The position numbers were made by a program, and so were the translations under genes. This document shows positions 61,275 through 64,000 of a stretch of DNA of 64,000 nucleotides, piece by piece. Origin of the DNA: an uncultured delta proteobacterium. GTDB lineage: Bacteria; Desulfobacterota; Binatia; DP-6. The stretch covers positions 256,001 through 320,000 of the forward strand of contig CAWFFN010000012.1 in the NCBI GenBank assembly GCA_963815115.1, given 5' to 3'. The notes under the pieces were generated by a model. The model did not search any database, was not told the origin of the DNA, and saw nothing but the letters and a program-made list of their open reading frames with translations. Within the stretch, counting starts at the first letter, position 1. The number at the start of each line of letters is the position of its first letter.

Positions 61275-62597
61275 TCAGCTCCCAGCGGGGATGCGCCAGA
61301 ACGGCCGCCGGATCTCCTCGAGCGGTCGGCCCGGCTCGCCCGGCTTGAGTCCGTAGCGGACGAGCGCGACCACGTCCGAGCTCACCGCCGGATCGGAGGT
61401 GAAATAGCTGTGCCCGAGGAAGTCGCGCGTTCTCTTTACCTCGATGAAGTCGACGAGATAGGCGAGACGCACGGCCTTCGCGGCCTGCTCCGTGCGGAGC
61501 CCCGCCACGTCGACCCGTCCGAGCCGTACGAGGCTCCCGAAGAGGAACTGGGAGAGCGTCAGCGCCTTGTCGTGCGAGGACACGTAGGCCGTGATGCGCA
61601 CGCCCGGATCGGAGAAGACCTTGCGCGACTGCGGAGCGGCCCCGTAGGCCAGATCGGGATCAGAGACGACGCCGAAGATCTTCGACGCCGCGACGTCGGC
61701 GTCGATGTCCGGCGCCAGCAGCACGATGTTCTTCAGCTTGAAGCGGCCGGCGACGGAATCCCCGGAGAGATAGGCCTCGATGTTGAGCTCGCGCACTGCC
61801 GACGCGAGCACGTCCGTGCCGCGGCTGTGTGCCATCAGGTGGATGCGCTCGACGCCGGGAGTCTGCGCAATCAGGCGGATGGCCTGCTTCAGATGCTGCA
61901 CGGCGAACTCGCCGGATTCGCGGTCGACGTTGTAGCCCGCCATGAGCCCGCGCGATCCGCCGGCCGGCCAGCTGAAGATCCCGCATACGAACTCGCGGCC
62001 GAAGAAGTGGCAGAGATCGGCCATGCTGAAGGCGGCATCCTCAAAGGTGTTGGCGTAGCCGTGCACGAAGAGGACGACTTCCTTCCGGGGCGCGGCCGCG
62101 ATGCGCCGCGCCACCTCTGCCTGGAGGCCCGCGGCGGCCCGCTGGTGGGCGTCGACCGTCGCCGGAGACCGCGTGATGCCGCCCGCCACAGGGTCGACGT
62201 CGTAGGGGATCGGCGGGAAGCGCCCGAGCTCCCTCACCGCGCCGAGCCGCAGCTCGAGCGGCAGCGCGCGCTTGCTCTCCGTGCTCTGCTGAGCGAGGAC
62301 AGCCCAGGGGACCTGCTCGCCGATGTCGACCGTGACCGATCCGAACGCCATCGAGCGCGAACGATCGGAGCTGTAGGCGAGCGAACCGTCCGGCGTCATC
62401 TCGGGTACGCGGTCCGTGACATAGAGCAGATCGACCGACGTCGTCGGAGGTGGAGGCCCCGTGAAGAGCGGCCGCGCGCCGGCGCCGGTGTAGATCCTCG
62501 GAGTCGGCATCAAGCCGGGTCGACCCGCGCACCCCGCGAGCAGGACGGCGGCTCCGAGGACACGAAGGATGCGGGCTCGCTTCAGGGAGTGAGGCAC
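61275..62597 (-). CDS. Alpha/beta hydrolase lipoprotein (DUF900)
   Basis: Lipobox 'LLAGC', 'YVTDR', 'FVHGYAN', 'FSWP', 'AHSRG', 'APDID', 'GHSYF'; start uncertain. Confidence 0.85.
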   Translation of the reverse strand: MPHSLKRARILRVLGAAVLLAGCAGRPGLMPTPRIYTGAGARPLFTGPPPPTTSVDLLYVTDRVPEMTPDGSLAYSSDRSRSMAFGSVTVDIGEQVPWAVLAQQSTESKRALPLELRLGAVRELGRFPPIPYDVDPVAGGITRSPATVDAHQRAAAGLQAEVARRIAAAPRKEVVLFVHGYANTFEDAAFSMADLCHFFGREFVCGIFSWPAGGSRGLMAGYNVDRESGEFAVQHLKQAIRLIAQTPGVERIHLMAHSRGTDVLASAVRELNIEAYLSGDSVAGRFKLKNIVLLAPDIDADVAASKIFGVVSDPDLAYGAAPQSRKVFSDPGVRITAYVSSHDKALTLSQFLFGSLVRLGRVDVAGLRTEQAAKAVRLAYLVDFIEVKRTRDFLGHSYFTSDPAVSSDVVALVRYGLKPGEPGRPLEEIRRPFWRIPAGS

Positions 62598-62619
62598 AAC
62601 GCGGCCTAGAGCCGTCGAG

Positions 62620-62770
62620 CAATTGGCTGCCAGCAAGGGCAGAAGGTGGAAGCCTCTACTTTTTGCCTTCGGCGAGCACGACACCTATACGATCCTGGAC
62701 ATACTGAGCAACGCCGATATGGCGGCATTCGCAGCCACCACCAGCGCCACCGGAGCGGTGGAGATGGGTG
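62620..62770 (+). pseudogene. Degraded GYD-domain gene remnant
   Basis: '..KVEA' in one frame followed by 'FAFGEHDTYTILDILSNADMAAFAATTSATGAV' in another, resembling GYD proteins; no intact start; limits approximate. Confidence 0.5.
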
Positions 62771-62944
62771 GGCCACTTGACGGGACCGCCGCGAGGCACG
62801 GAGATCGTGGAACCGGAGGGCCAACCTTGACTCGCGATCATCGCGACGTATCCCGTGCTACGGCTATCCGGTCGTCCTGCCGGCGCCGGCGGTCCAGCAG
62901 CGTACTCTGTAACGCCTACGAGCCAGCACGGAAGTGATCAGCAA

Positions 62945-63793
62945 ATGGGGATTCTGAGTAGCGCAGTCCCGGTGACGATGTTCGTGTTCGTGGTCTCTAG
63001 CATGCTGGCAGTGGGGTTGAGTCTCACCGTGGGGCAGATCGTCGTCCCTCTGCGCAATGGCAAGGTGGTCGCCCTCGCACTGCTCGGGAACTTCGTCCTC
63101 ATGCCACTCGGAGCCTTCGTCGTCGCGAGGGTGCTCTGGCTCGGCGAGTCGCTGCGCGTCGCTCTGCTGTTGCTGAGCACGGCAGCCGGTGCACCCTTTC
63201 TCCCCAAGCTGGCGGGAATCGCCAAAGGGAACCTCGCCTTCGCGGTCGGCCTGATGGTGCTGCTGATGGTCCTGACGGTGGGCTACATGCCACTCGTCCT
63301 GCCGCTGCTGCTCGAGGGCGTCGCTGTCGATCCCACGAAGATTGCCCGGTCGCTCGTTCTCCTCATGCTGCTGCCTCTGGCCCTGGGGCTTGGAGTCAAA
63401 GCGGGCTACGCGCCCGTCGCTGCGCGCGTGCAGCCCTTCCTCGACCGGGTCTCCACGCTGAGCCTCGCCGTCCTGACGGTCCTGATCCTTGCGGCGAACA
63501 TCAATAACCTGGTGGCGTTGTTCGGCACGCGCGGCCTCTTGGCGAGTATCCTCTTTCTCTGCGTGGGGGCCAGTATCGGCTGGTTTCTCGGCGGGTCAGT
63601 CCCGGATACCCGGGGAGTGATGGCACTGGGCACCGCGCAGCGAAATATCGCGGCCGCGCTGGTGGTCGGCGGGCAAAACTTCGACGATCCGCAGGTGGTC
63701 GTCATGGTGGTCGTGGTCGCGATTGTCGGCCTGCTCGTCCTGTTTCCGTTCGCGCGCGCGTTGGCCGTGCGGAGCGAGGCGCGCGCACCGTAG
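62945..63793 (+). CDS. Bile acid:sodium symporter (BASS) family protein
   Basis: 'SMLAVGLSL', 'NFVLMP', 'AGAPFLPKL..AKG', 'GTAQRN'. Confidence 0.88.
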   Translation: MGILSSAVPVTMFVFVVSSMLAVGLSLTVGQIVVPLRNGKVVALALLGNFVLMPLGAFVVARVLWLGESLRVALLLLSTAAGAPFLPKLAGIAKGNLAFAVGLMVLLMVLTVGYMPLVLPLLLEGVAVDPTKIARSLVLLMLLPLALGLGVKAGYAPVAARVQPFLDRVSTLSLAVLTVLILAANINNLVALFGTRGLLASILFLCVGASIGWFLGGSVPDTRGVMALGTAQRNIAAALVVGGQNFDDPQVVVMVVVVAIVGLLVLFPFARALAVRSEARAP

Positions 63794-63836
63794 CCAGCTA
63801 CGCAACCGGCGCAACAGATGCGAGGACGGAGACTCC

Positions 63837-64000
63837 GTGCGAAAGGACCTTGCACGCTCGTGGTTGACCTCGGTTGGTCTGGCCGGAGCCCTTGTCGCAT
63901 CTGTCGTGCCTGGCCAGGCGCAGGTCAGGGGTGTGTACCCGCTGGGCATGAATGCGACGAACTCCGGGGTCACGCCGGGCGCGGGATTCACCTACGCCAA
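63837..64000 (+). CDS. Probable SphA / phenol MetA-pathway-like outer-membrane protein (3'-truncated)
   Basis: GTG after GGAG; reads VRKDLARSWLTSVGLAGALVASVVPGQAQVRGVYPLGMNATNSGVTPGAGFTYA, a signal peptide plus 'G.YP.G..G..P..GF'. Confidence 0.55.
   Translation, partial: MRKDLARSWLTSVGLAGALVASVVPGQAQVRGVYPLGMNATNSGVTPGAGFTYA

Overview
High-GC (roughly 70% by eye), gene-dense bacterial chromosomal window with about 56 genes and no rRNA, tRNA, CRISPR array or transposase that I can recognise. The gene content (several DUF1302/DUF1329/YCF48/RND genes, many GST, LLM, SDR and thiolase genes, sigma54 regulators, Cys-rich secreted proteins) is typical of deltaproteobacteria-like lineages such as Ca. 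Binatia; that assignment is inference. All family calls come from motif recognition, not database searches. Highlights: (1) at 45.2-47.6 kb, a three-gene cassette beside a vapBC module, encoding a 289-aa Cys-free protein with an embedded Ala/Val/Asn-rich bacteriocin-like segment, an SdpA/LinL-like 'WNFFAPNP' protein and an HTTM (SdpB/LinH-like) membrane protein, which is a candidate new RiPP/toxin system; (2) at 3.0-3.4 kb, two back-to-back sigma54 promoters sharing palindromic TGGGAACC-N2-GGTTCCYN boxes, one facing an orphan ketosynthase and the other facing a probable ~120-nt hairpin ncRNA; (3) at 6.2-17.1 kb, a DUF1302-YCF48-RND-DUF1329 envelope module with a GldAFG-like ABC/DUF4340 block translationally coupled into it, and a frameshifted DUF1329 gene; (4) tandem Cys-rich secreted paralogues, REP-like palindromes, a candidate TetR operator pair, two small gene remnants and many apparently leaderless genes.
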